Positions 1 through 11,800 of a stretch of DNA of 38,514 bases are shown one piece after another. Position 1 is the stretch's first letter. Each line of letters opens with the position of its first letter. The stretch is from Spirogloea muscicola (lineage: Eukaryota): NCBI GenBank assembly GCA_009602725.1, contig WELB01000003.1, positions 72,053 to 110,566 of the forward strand, read 5' to 3'. Below the pieces are notes generated by a model, which had not been told where the DNA came from, did not search any database, and saw nothing but the letters and a program-made list of their open reading frames with translations. Made by a program: the position numbers and the translations under genes.

Positions 1-81
1 CGGCGGCGGCGGCGGTCGCGGGCAGCAGAGGCGGGCGGGCACGCGGCGGCGGCGGCGGCGGGAGGCCTTGGGAGCAAGCCC

Positions 82-93
82 TGCCACGTGGCA
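82..93. promoter_or_regulatory. Perfect palindromic G-box TGCCACGTGGCA next to a (GGC)n-rich stretch; probably the promoter of a gene lying left of the window
   Basis: 12-bp palindrome with CACGTG core seen directly. Bases 1-60 are GGC repeats like those at the 5' ends of other genes here. Confidence 0.3.
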
Positions 94-853
94 CGAATTC
101 AGGGCGCCAACTGGGGCCCCGTATCCGCCTTCTCGTCAGCCGACGAGCCTGGGTACACAGTAATATTTGAAGCGGCCCGCCGCTGCCCGCCAGGAGAAAG
201 ACTGCTGGTATTGGAAAAGCGGCTGTGACGACTAAATAATAGCTCTTCCAGCTGTACTAGCCAGCCAAACTGCTTACCAATGGTATTGATGACTATAGTA
301 GCGGAGCCACAGGCTAGGCAGGCAGGGCGCTCTAAATGAGTACCCCGGCTTCAGCAATAAGCAGGAATTCAGATGAGCTGCGGGAGTATGCAGCTGCAGG
401 TACCACAAGAGCGGCTGTAAATGCCGGCCAGGTGCATACAGAGGGTTTCAACCTTGCCAGGAGAAGCAGTCACGGCTGTACGAGGCCCAGCTTCCGCCAC
501 GGGGCCGTTTGGTATCCGGGTACCATTCAGCGACCTGTACTTGCTGCGGGTCAGCTTAGCGGCAGTGTAGGTGTACATCTGTAGTGCTTGCCCTTAGACT
601 TGGACAATCAGGCCCTGCATTACTGAACACCTGCCCTAGCTCGAAGCAAGCTGAGGGACTGCTACACTAAGAGCAAGACGAGCTTCCAGTATAAAAACTT
701 GGAGTTGAGTATCAAGCGATGGAGGGCCTGTGTGGCCAAGTACGAAGGCAAGCACAGTACCCACTATACATCACCTGCTGCTAAGTAGTACAAGAAGCTG
801 ATATAAATAAGGGCGAGGGCGATAACTGTGAAAGAAGTAAGCTCTTATGATAA

Positions 854-903
854 GCTGGGAAAGGCCAGCCCCAAAGGCATGGGCAATGTCTGAAGGGGCC
901 GGG
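854..903 (-). mobile_element. Short degenerate 3'-UTR fragment of the CRE-like non-LTR element (subfamily B)
   Basis: gctgggaaaggccagccccaaaggcatgggcaatgtctgaaggggccgg closely matches 34390-34438 (gctgggaaaggccagcccaaaggaatggacaaggtctgaaggagccgg). Confidence 0.7.
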
Positions 904-1316
904 CTATCATTGAGATTGTCCAGATTGCAATGTTGTAAGTGTTGCTTCGAGCACCGCAGGCCCTTCAAGGCGCAGGTGTGATGCCAGGGCTCATGCACCA
1001 TTGGAAGACGCAAGCTGCTCCTTCAGGGCACCTGCACAAAGCGGCGGCGGCAGGTGAACTGCTGCCAGCATGCTAGCATACTGCTGCTGATGCTGTGGCG
1101 ATCATGGCAGTGTGATAAGTACCAGCACATTTGCAGCCCCCATGACTCGTACCTGAAAGAGATGGACCAGCCACCGCTGTACCTCCTAGACAAGCTGAAG
1201 TATGACAGCACTAAAAGTCCCCACAACCACAGCACTATATGTTGTGCAATATTGTTACAAATAACCAGTGATTGCCTTCAGGAGGTGCTATGTCACTTCT
1301 GCACAAGGATTTAAGC

Positions 1317-4300
1317 TTAGCAAACTTGCACTGAGGAGCTTTCAGACCCCTCAGTTGTGTGCAGCAAGTGCTCTTCCATCATGTAAGTGCACTTGCTTAC
1401 AGTCTCCCTTGTGAGCTCCTCGCATGAGCTCTTCGTGCCATATTGGTATACATGGCGCACGAAGAGGAACGAGGCACAGTAACTGACTGAAGCGAGCATA
1501 AGGCATAAGCTGTAGCACAGGCATGCCATGTAGCCAAAGAAGAAGGATATCTGCATAAGACCCTGCATGTTGCTGAGTGCATAGTAGTAGTAGAAGCAGT
1601 AGCCATAGATGTAGATGCCAGTGGAACCTCCACACAGTACTGAGCGCCGCCACCACCACTCATGGTTCTCAATTGTGAGCTGGAAGTAGGTAACTGCAAC
1701 TGCGATGAGCGCAGTCACAATGAGCAGCATGATGAAGACGACAAAGAGGATGCTATAGATGGTGTAAAACTTAAAGCCCCACACAGTTGCAAATAGGTAG
1801 TACAGCTCGACGTAAACACCACTGAATGGCGCGAGGCCCGCCATCGCCATCTGCCCGCGATGGGAGCAAAGCAACAGCAGTGCTTCGCATTAGGCAAGAA
1901 GGACAGGCCTATCCTATTAAAGAAGATGCAGATGTGTCCCTCATCTCAAGGCACTTACGCAGTAGGAAATACTTGTCTGCATTGTGAGAAGGTCATCCAT
2001 GAGGTCAATAAATTGCGGAGAAGAAGCTGAGGACAACAGCTGCATGGAGTCTCAAATTGAGCCTTCCTTCCCAAAGCCACGTGAATAACAATCCAAGTGG
2101 AATACCTTAGGCACGGCCTGTCTGTACCATGGCAGGGTGGAAGTCTCGCGTGGATAGTTGATGGTATGACATGGTGCCCAAAGGTCACTCTCGCTATTTT
2201 TCCCCACCATGCCACCTAGGACCTGGGTGCAGGCCCACAGTGTATTCTTAGACTAGCAGTTGCACGTCGAGCTGCATAATTAAGCTGCTGGCCTTGCATA
2301 ATTGCACACCCTGATCTTGATCTGCTTACGTGCTCGTCTCTGCCTGACCTGCGCCCCTGCAGAGGGTTCCTTCCGCCCCTTGCATACGCAAAGCCAGAGA
2401 TAGGCAGGAGGATGCTGGCCATGCAGCAGTATCCATTTCATCTCCTCGGCGTCTAGGCCACTACCATCAACTACCAACAATAGCTTCCACTCACCGTTAG
2501 TGGGAAGGTAACAAGGGCCCAGATGACAAAGATGATAACAATGTTATAGAATGACAGCGCCCGGCTAGGTGTGTAGATGATGGCAATCATGTCATTTAAG
2601 CAGAAAGTCAGGAAGAGAGGCCCGCAAAAGAGAGAGGCGGTCAGGACAACGTTGTAGAACTGCCATGGTACAAGGAGCCAATGTCATATTGCGAGAAACT
2701 GCAATTTCCCACACAGCAAATCCACAAAGACTTGCCAGCTTGGCCTGTTTGAGTTCCACTCCTGATGCAACGAGCAATGGTGCTTGAACATCAGCGTCAG
2801 CAAAAGACAGGGTTAGCAGCCAAGAAGCCACCTCCACTTTCCCCGTCACCGTAAAGTGAAGCAATATGTAGCTCACCCACTTGTCTCCGCCCATCTGACG
2901 GTAAAGGTTGGCAGAGACATAGCCGGCTATGCCTGCTGTGAGCGTGTACAGGACGACTGAAGCCGTGGATATGGACCCCCGCTTGTATGGGTGAATGATG
3001 CCCATCAGAGCAAGGCCGAAGATGCCGAGGGTTGTTACCAGGAGCTGCGCACCTGTGCCAATGACCTCCGCAAACAAGCTACAAGCGGCAAAAGGGGCAA
3101 TGGGCTTATGGTTAGCAAAGTTGCAATTATGTGGATACAATGATTACAGGCTAAGTTTGTGTGAGACCAGCTGCATATGAGAGCCAAGCTTTCAGCTCAA
3201 ACCCCGCTGAGCCGCGACATGGACCTGGCATGGGGCGGGAGGCTGAAATCTTCCTCAAGGATGCTTCTCTGCCCTTTCTCTTCTTGCACATTGGCGCTCT
3301 CCCTTTCCAAAGTGCATCTGCAAATGCAGATACAAAGAGGCAAGCGAGAAATGTAAGCCCCCGCAAAGGACTGGGCATCAAAGCCCTTGGAAGCTCAGAT
3401 GAATTCAGCAGCACTGGAAGTGCACATGTCTAAGACAAGGGCAGTGTACGTGGCGAGTAAAAGAGGTCTTAAAGCCTGCACTCCCCTAGTAAGTCCTCAA
3501 TGCTTTGCAGCCTTTGCGAGCCTGTCAAGCCTGCACCCTGCTACTTGCCCAGCAAGCATACGGCTCAATGAATCAATAATGGAATGCAGACTTCATTGAT
3601 TCCTTGTACTCGCCATGTGTGATGATGAGATGATGATCTGCAGTGGAGCTACACCACCCTATGAGGCAGGGAGATAAGGTCTCCCACCTGAGGATGGCGT
3701 TCTTGAGGACGCGCCAGAGGACTGTGACAAGGATGCCAGTGAGCAGCAAGACAGTGACGCAGGAGATGATGATGGCGACCGCGTGGAGCTCCAGGTGCTG
3801 AGGCAGGTATGAGTACCTGGCATACTTCTCCAAGCGTCGCTCAAACGGCGTGTCCACTTCCGTCCACTTTGTAGAGAAGGAGAACCTGACTGTCAGCGGA
3901 CCATCCCCGCTGATGTCCACCATCTGGTCGTTCGTTGAAAGCTGGATGTCAATGACACGGTCGTCGTTGTAGCGCACGTCAAATTCCATTTGCGTAACCA
4001 GCAAATAAGCCTCCTCACCGCCCCAGTTCCGAGAGTTCCCAATGAAGGCCCAAGTGGGAAGGTCATCAAAATACATCTGCCAGACGAGCCAGGGGAGGAA
4101 CAGCCAGGGGCAGAGCAGCCATGCTCTCTCATTTCGCCGTGAACAACTCTAAGGTACCAGCTAGTGTGAGCAATGGTGACAATGGTGGCATGAAGTCCTA
4201 CCTACACCAGGCCCCTGGCGGGCATTGGTCTCATGCCAAGTGCGAAAGCTCAGCAGATCGGCTGCATGCGCGCGCACCTCAACGTAGTAGTCCTCCTTGA

Positions 4301-4832
4301 TGGCCTTCCGAAACGTCTCGACGTCGGCCGTCGAGAGCGTGCTGTTGCAGAGGAGCACGTCCTCCTGGCCGACCTTGAAGCTGACGTCATAGGGGGACTG
4401 GACCATGCGGTAGCCTTCCAGCACCTCGAAGAAGCCCTCAGCCTTGTGCGCCGACGGGAGCGCCGGCTTGCAGAATGGCAGGTCGTAGTATCGGTACGTC
4501 TCGCTGCGGCGCGGGCGCCGGCCGTCGGGCGCTTATGATGGTGAGAGGCGCATCCCGGGCTCCCGCTGAGCTCCCATCAAGGCATGCTGGCTGGCGTGCG
4601 TCGATGGAGTGGGCGGACGGGCGGCTGGTTTGACGGCGGGGGGCGCCGACGTGGGGTTGCGGAACGGCCCGACCTTGCCGGCGAGGAGCGGGATGCGGTC
4701 GCGCGGGCTATACCGGTGCTCGGACACGGACGGCAGCCGCCACCCGGGCGCCGCCGCCGCGCCGGCGGCCAGCAGCAGCAGCAGCAGCATCGGCGGCGGC
4801 GGTAGCGCGGGCCGCCGCCGGGCGGTGGCCAT
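1317..4832 (-). CDS. Transmembrane 9 superfamily / endomembrane protein 70 (TM9SF1-like, TMN), divergent paralog; 8 coding exons
   Basis: Exons 4832-4651, 4503-4278, 4076-3688, 3317-3225, 3078-2877, 2659-2495, 2222-2106 and 1850-1317, all GT-AG and in frame. Signal peptide present. Motifs KVGPFRNPTETYRYYDLPFC, MYFDDLP, FCGPLFLTFC, NYPRE..LPWYR, HEWWW..S.LCGGSTG and FFFGYMACLCY. The C-terminus is uncertain because of a possible extra donor near 1400. Confidence 0.93.
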
Positions 4833-4959
4833 GGCGCCGGCGAGCGCGGCGACGGCGGCAGCGCCCGCTCAACGCTATGCTGGAAGGCGGCTCGGAGTCC
4901 ACTCGAGTCAGCGGGCTCAACTTAAGTCGCCGTTGGGACTTGCTTGGCCGCTTTGCCCA

Positions 4960-6300
4960 GGTGGTGGTCCGTTCTTTTCGGGCTGGCCTCTGCCGCGGGG
5001 CGATGGGCGCTCGGTGGCTCGAGCTGCTCGACCAGCTCGCCCGCCACGCCATCGTTCGCCGCTTCCATGGGGAGCCGGTGGACTTCCCTGCCGCCGGGTT
5101 GCTAGCGCAGGTTTACCGCATGCGCTTGGCCGTCTCGCTGCAGAGGTCTGTGGCCCGCGCGAAGCACCTGCGTGCCGGCAGAGCCCTCGCTGCTGCCTCT
5201 GGCTCTGGCCAGGGGACCCGCTTCCAGGAAACCAGCCTCTCTGACCTGGTGGCGTCCACGCCGGGCGGCGGCGCGCGCATCATTGCTGATGTGGTCACCA
5301 TGAATGTGGTCGACCGCTCCAACCCGGGGCTCTCTGCCTCGCGGGCTGGCCACGCTGCGGCGAAGGCCGCTCGCAGCAAGGCGGCCAAACACTCTGACCG
5401 CCCAGCTGGAAACGAGTTCGTGCCCCTGGCCGTGGACGTGCACGGGGCTCTCGGGTCCCAGTGGCTCGACCTGCTGGCCAGGGTCGCGCGGCGCGCTGGG
5501 TCCCGCAGGCGTGGTGAGCCGGCTGACTTGAACGCTGCTGGCTCGTGGGCTCAGGTTTATCGTATGCGATAGTCCGTCTCCCTTCAGCGCTCCATGGCCC
5601 ACGCCTTGCATCTGCGTGCTGGCTGTGCTCTCGCTGCGGCCTCCGGCTTTCGTCAGGAGAAAGTGCTCGCCCATTGAGGACAGGGGCTGGAAAAGTCAAG
5701 GGATTGTTTTCCGGCAGCTGGTCTGCCGGATTTGAGGCTTCTCACTCGTAACTACTGAGTGGTCCATCCTCCCCCGGTCTGACATAACATCTTCAGGCCT
5801 CTTGTAGCTGCTTAGCGCTATAGGCCCCTCCGTCATCTGGCTCCTTCGAATCTTTGTCAATTCTTCTCGGGCTGGCCTTTTACAGTCCTTGCCCTCATTG
5901 GGAGAGCCACTTCTCTCTCTGACCTGAGGCTGCTTAGCAGGGGTTACTGAGTGCTTCGTAGCTGCTTAGTTTCTTCTTGTGCTTGTTTTCTTAGTGCTTC
6001 TCCTGGCCCCTTCTCGTCCCTTGTTCATTCTTTATTGGGCTGGCTTTTTCCAGCCCTCATCCTCAATGGGCGAGCCCTTCTTCTGCCAGCCCCTCTTCTC
6101 TACTGTATTGACCCGTGTTTACTGAGCGGGTCAATCTGCTGTAAGATATGTAGGTCTTCAGATGTGCTTGCCTGTGTACTTGGCCATTTGGCCTTCTTTT
6201 GTTTAAAATACACGAAATTGTTCTTCTCTATGGGCCTTTGTAAGGCTAGGATTGGCCTCCCTTTCAAAATTCATGCGCACCGCGCGCCTTCTCTATGTAT
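4960..6300 (+). mobile_element. Head-to-tail chain of 5'-truncated CRE-like RLE non-LTR retrotransposon fragments (at least 5 pieces)
   Basis: RLE-domain peptides DLVASTPGGGARIIADVVT, FVPLAVDVHGALG and YRMRLAVSLQR. ORF ends LLTRNY* (about 5758), LLSRGY* (5950) and LTR.Y* (about 6125), each followed by a different 3' UTR. In-frame TAG at 5570-5572. Confidence 0.88.
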
Positions 6301-6409
6301 GAGCGCGCGCTTTCTCACGTGTGCTGCTATCCAGTTCCTTCGGAGAAGAAGTGGCTCTCCCAGATACAAATAATTGACGCTTCCAGGCGGGGGCGGTGGC
6401 TGGGAGAGG

Positions 6410-7125
6410 CCAGCAAAAGAGAGAAGGCGCGCGGGGCGCATGAAATGAAATGGAGGCCAATTCAGAGCGACACATTGTTCAGGCAGAGTCTAGGGCAAAC
6501 TAAACAGGGCTACATAATACGGAAACCGAAACCAAGGTGCCTAAGGTGACAGCAAAAACAAAGAACAAACTTCGAAGTGGCCAGTGAAAGCGCTAAAGCA
6601 CACAAGAAGGAGGGCTCGCTCATAGAGAAGAGGGGCTGGCCAAGCCAGGACAATATCCAAAGCCAATGAAGGTGCCGAAAAGGAAAACTACAACACTAGA
6701 TACGAGATGATGCATATGGAAGCTCAGTACCCGCGAGTGAGCAACATCAAGTCCGAGTAACTTGCTGGAAACCAAGGATCTACTTGGTACTCAGTAATCC
6801 CTGTTGAGCAGCCGCAGGTCGGAGGAACCAGTCTCCGAGTAGCCGGTCTCTGGCCAGGGCCAGAGGCTGCACCCAACGCGCGACCGGCACGCAGATGCAG
6901 CGCGCTTGCCATTGACCGCTGCAGCGAGACTGACACTGCATGCGATATACCTGCGCGAGAGAGCCTGCTGCAATGGATCCGCCTGCTCCGTATGGTACCA
7001 GCGGGAGACAGCGCTGCGTCAGAGCTGGTGTAAAAGCTCGAGCCACCGAGCGCCAAACGCCCCGTGAGTGTCGATGGCGAGCAGGAAGCACTAGGCAGGG
7101 CGGCGGTAGACCGAGGAGCAAAGGG
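6410..7125 (-). mobile_element. Chain of CRE-like RLE element fragments on the minus strand
   Basis: LAIDTHGAFGARW and VSLQRSMASALHLRAGRAL, with two consecutive ORF ends DLRLLNRDY* (6791) and SDLMLLTRGY* (6724). 3' UTR ends at about 6605 and about 6415. Frameshifted. Confidence 0.85.
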
Positions 7126-7480
7126 GGGCCGAGACTACGGAGCTGGCCGCTCATGTCCTCGATGTGCCCACGGTGGTGAGCGGACGGCAGCGCACGGCCT
7201 CCTCCGCGATGCTATGCATCCTCGTGGAGGCCGGCTTCTTGGTGGACTCCTCGGTCATGCTGCTACGACAGAAGGCGGACGGCCTCCACGCCAGACGGGT
7301 CAACCTTCCCTCTAGTTACTCTGATCTGCACTTGCTGACTAGAGGTTCTTGAGCGCCCACTCGCAGAAGCCACGGAGAGTAATTGCGTGTTTCTTTGCGC
7401 CTTCCGGCCTCTCAGGCCTTGTACAATGCTCTGGGCTGGCCTCTCACATAGATTGCCTTGCATTGGAAGAGCCAATTTTT
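7126..7480 (+). mobile_element. Internally deleted CRE-like fragment (zinc-knuckle region joined to the ORF end and 3' UTR)
   Basis: ELAAHVL-RCAHGGERTAAHGLLRDAM...ADGLHARRVNL joined directly to SSYSDLHLLTRGS* (7352), then gggctggcctct...gagcc and a pyrimidine tail. Confidence 0.82.
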
Positions 7481-7841
7481 CCTGTAAAACCGACTTGGTG
7501 CTCTTCTGGCAGGAGCTGCCATATACAAGAGTAATGGAGTGAGTTTGAGTTACTTTGCGCCTTCCAAATCCATCAATTCAACCTTCTTAGAGTTGCCAGG
7601 TGATGGCCCAACCTGAGAGAAGCTCTTCAAGAAGGAAGAAGCTCTTCCACTTGGAAAATCTGAATTTTGAAAGGGTCAGCCCACACTATACAAGACAGGC
7701 TTCAGGGGGACCCCGACAGGAAAGGGCAGAGCACTTAGAAAAAATAATGTGATTGCAATGAATATTTGGTTGGGGCTTCATGCACAGCTCCTCTCAGAAG
7801 GCTACTGAGCCTTGTCGTTGCAGCACTACTCTCCCTCAATT

Positions 7842-8430
7842 GTCATCATCGCCGCACACTTGACATTGTGGGCGTGCAACCTGGTGGAGGACCACGGGCC
7901 CTGGTCGACGTTGTTGTTACGGAGGCATATAAAGGCCCAGCATCAACAAACATTGCTGGGCACGCAGTGGGCGGAGCAGAGCAAAGAAAACTGCGGCATT
8001 ACTCCGATTACTTCCAATGCGATCAACTCCTGCCAGCTGCAATCGACATCTTTGGCTGTCTGGGTCCTCGCTTCCACACTCTGCTTCAGAACATTGCCAA
8101 TCTAGGCTACACTCGACGTGCAGATGTGTTTCCGGCTGAGATGGGCTTGCCAGCTGCAAATTTGTCGCTCTTGCGACGACGAGTTTCGGCCTGTTTGCAG
8201 CGTGCTCAGGCTAGTGCCTTGCACCAGAAAGCTGGGCGAGCTCTAGTAGATGGCAGAAGGGCTCCGTTCCTGGCATCTAGTATTCATGCATCGAGTACTG
8301 ACATTTATGTTTTGACCCGTGGTTATTGAGCGGGTCAATCTGCTGTAGGTTATGTAGATTTTTAGATGTGCTTGCCTTCGTACCTGGCCATTTGGCCTAC
8401 ATTTCTTTCTAATACACGGTGCCTTCCTCA
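7842..8430 (+). mobile_element. 5'-truncated CRE-like copy with an open RLE domain and 3' UTR
   Basis: RRTLDIV...LVDVVVTE...AEQRKLRHY...LPAAIDIFGCLG...RRRVSACLQR...VLTRGY* (8329). Closely similar to 31740-32470. Confidence 0.88.
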
Positions 8431-8840
8431 ATGACTCGAGCGTTGCTCTTCCCGGCTGGTGCAGCACTGCACTACGCTGGCAGATTCTCTGGTCGGCCAT
8501 GACAGCGACAGCCAGTTCATCCGACATGGATGATGGCTGATGGTGGCACGCACAAGGGTGCAGTGAGACTCTGAACCCTAGACAGATTGCCTGTCAGGCA
8601 TATGAGCGTCAGCAAGACGAGGAGTCTCAACAGCAAGATGAGCACCTTCCAAAGCAACAGTTCAGAGCCAACCTCCCATTCGTGCATCTGCAATTACAAC
8701 ACCTCTTCAATGCTGATTACACAGCTAACAAGCATGCACAAGAAAGCTGCTAACCTGCTCAGGCATCTGTAATCCTATATCTGAGGGGCATCAGGCAATA
8801 TACCAAGAAGGTGGCTTATGAGAAGCATGTTGCCTGTGAT

Positions 8841-11800
8841 TTATCCAGCAACACTAAGCATCTGCTCCAGCCTTTCCAATAACGTCCGTCGGCCTTCCAA
8901 GACGCTGAGGGCTGACCTAAGTGTTGCTTGCTGGCTGTCTACGAGCTCCTTGACTAGAGATATCTGCACTCGCACAACCTCCTCAGAGGGAGAACCAGAC
9001 CCAAGTAGACACCGCAAAACGACGCCTGGGACCACACAGTCCGCTTGAGCTGTCCCCTCCTTCTGAGGTGGGTGCGTAAACGACGTACTGCTCTCGCTTT
9101 GTAGGCCAGGCAAAGGCACGTGATCAAGTTCAGGCCTTGCTAAGTGCGTGCATAATGCACGCTCAAGCTCTACTAGGGACTGCCTGAAGGCGTTAATGAA
9201 TGACAGAAGAGCAGCCCTCAGCTCTGCAAGCAAAGGAACATGAGTCAGTCTCTGGCTGTCTCTGCCTCCTTGCATTGCTTCATCCACCTCCTTGCCTGCC
9301 TTCTTCTTCTTCCTCTTTGCAGCTGGCGCTGCCTTGGACTGAACAGACTTGGCCCATACCTGTGAGCAGAGGACCAGCCAGGCCAAGTCCTCGTTCACGA
9401 GCCTGGTAAGCTGCAACACCGCCTGTGGAGGGCAGACAACGGCCTCGCCAACCCCTGCCTTGCCTGCTGCCGACCGTCCCGAAGGCTCAACAAGGCCCTG
9501 ACTGACCTGTGCTATCGCGAGCTGCAGCATCCTCCCGAGGTTCTCAAACTGGCTGACCAGCGGAGGGCCATCTAACTGCGTGTAAGTTGGATCTTGAATC
9601 TCTAGCATTCCGGCAGCCGTGGCAAATGTGGCTGTTGTCAAAGAAAAAGAAGGCCCAGCAGATTCTACTGCTTCCTGTGACAAAAAAGAGCAACGGGGGT
9701 TGCCAAGATCATATCAGGAACCAGCTGCAAGGGCAATTGCTGGCATCTGGTGCATGTTGTATGCCAGAGGTCAGCCTTAAGAAAACAGTAGCACAAGCCT
9801 TCTGAAAAATGCTACTTGTACTTGTACTTCTGCAGCCAGCTTCTGCCGTCCGCTAAAAGGACAGCATCTCAGAAAATAGTACCTTCTGGTATCCATTTGC
9901 AGCATGTGCCATCTGCCTTGCCTCAGGTACTAGCTGTTGAGTTCCTTGCTGATGAGCCAAATATTCTGAAAGTAAACTCCTCATCTTAGATGCTGACATT
10001 TGACTCTCGCTGTCCATTGCACAGATTGCCATATGAAGCATCTGAAGTAGTGCTTGTCGAGCACCAGCCTCAGATAACCATCTCGAGTGCCTCTCATCTA
10101 CCTCCTCCTGCATGTCTCACAAGTCTGGGCCCATAAGTACCAACCCAACTGATTTCAGCCTCAACATTAAGCACCACGTAAGCACTGCAACTGCATGACG
10201 TAAGCACTGCGACTCCAAGCCCAGGTCAGTCACTACCTTAGTCTCTGCTCGGTGCCAACCTCTGCCAGCCGCCCGTCCTGCTTCATCTTCATTTTTTGTA
10301 TCAAGCGCGGCTCGAAAAGGTTCTGTGGCATGAGAAGCTGAGCAGTGCAGCAAGTAATACATTCAAAGGCAGATCAGGTGCTGTACTTATTGTGCATAAG
10401 CAGAGAAGTAGGTGACCTCACCATGAAGTAGATTGTACTCTGGAGAGGGAGACCACCAGGGACGGCCAGAGAGGTCTTCATTGAAGGAGAGAGACGCAGT
10501 GCTCGTGATGCCATGATCTTGAAGTAAAGGAGTAGTACAGGACTTGCCTCGCATCAGCACCTCCACCTCAGTGAAACAATCAGCACCTTTCTTTATGTCC
10601 ATCAGAGCTACCTCTACTTGCACAACTTGACGCTGAAAGGACTGCTCAAGTCGTTCCTTGAACTCCACAAACTCCCGTACCTGCATTTGCATCACTGTAA
10701 GTTCAACTTGCCGGGTGTAGACAGTATGACTGCTTTATCTGCAGCTGTACAGAAAGCTTGGGATGCAAGCCAGAGCACGCCCAAAGGGATGCTTCCACCT
10801 TTCAGTGATCTTAAGTAGCCCTCGTCATGCAGGCTCACACCAAGGACATGCAGTACCTTCCCATAGGTGCTGTGTCGGTAAGCCATGATTGTGAAGTCAG
10901 CAGCTTCTCGGATGTGGGTGTCGTGAAATTTAGTAAAAGCATTGTACTGTGACTCCAGCGGCTTCCAGTGTCCCGCGTCGAGTAGAAAAGGGACAATGTG
11001 ATGAGTCATTGTCTCCAGCATGATGTGCTTGACTTCAAGCAGCTCATACCTGAATGACATGCTCAGCAGCTGCAGTCTGAGGTCCAAGCCTGTGTGATAA
11101 CAAGTTTTACTTGCTTCTCAATTGTGCTAAACTGCATCAGGATAGCATCAAGTCCTTGTTTCTCTTCTTCACAACTACAATAGTCTGCACAACTACAATA
11201 GTCTGCAAGTCTCAATCCTGATAGAGGTTCACTTATTGGGATGCTCATGTGGGATGCTGTAGGCAGGCACTGACCACTGCCAAGCTTTCTCAGTGGCACC
11301 AAGACTACCATAGAGGCTGATCACCATGAGTTTGTACTGGGGACTGTATCTGCATTTGTTGATATGTCTGCTTAGTACCACTATCATCTGTTGTGAGATA
11401 GAGTGCAAGAACAACAGATATGGAAAGCAATGACATGAAGGGCTTACCTTCTATGAGAGAGGCCATGCTCAAGTACTAAGATTGCTTCAAGAAGATATCC
11501 TTCATCTCTGGTCCTGCAGTATAGCTGCCAGTCATTGACGGTAAGCATAATTACATCCCTTCGAATACCTGGCAGAGTGCCTATGCAAGCATGGGCAAGA
11601 GTGTCACAACAAGCAGCTACAAGATCAACTGTCCAACTGTACCCAAAATATCTCAATATACTAATTTCACAGCTAAGACCCCTATACTCAGCAGTGATAG
11701 CAAGCACCATAGCAGCTCATGAGTCTGGCACCTCAGCTAGACAGTTGACAGAGAGGATAATGAGCTCCTCTCCATGACCTCGTTCCTTCTCGTCAAGCTC

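Noticed and set aside
11171..11208. 18-bp tandem duplication in an NAA25 intron (a similar one lies at about 28453-28517)
   Set aside because: Ordinary slippage duplications with no sign of function.
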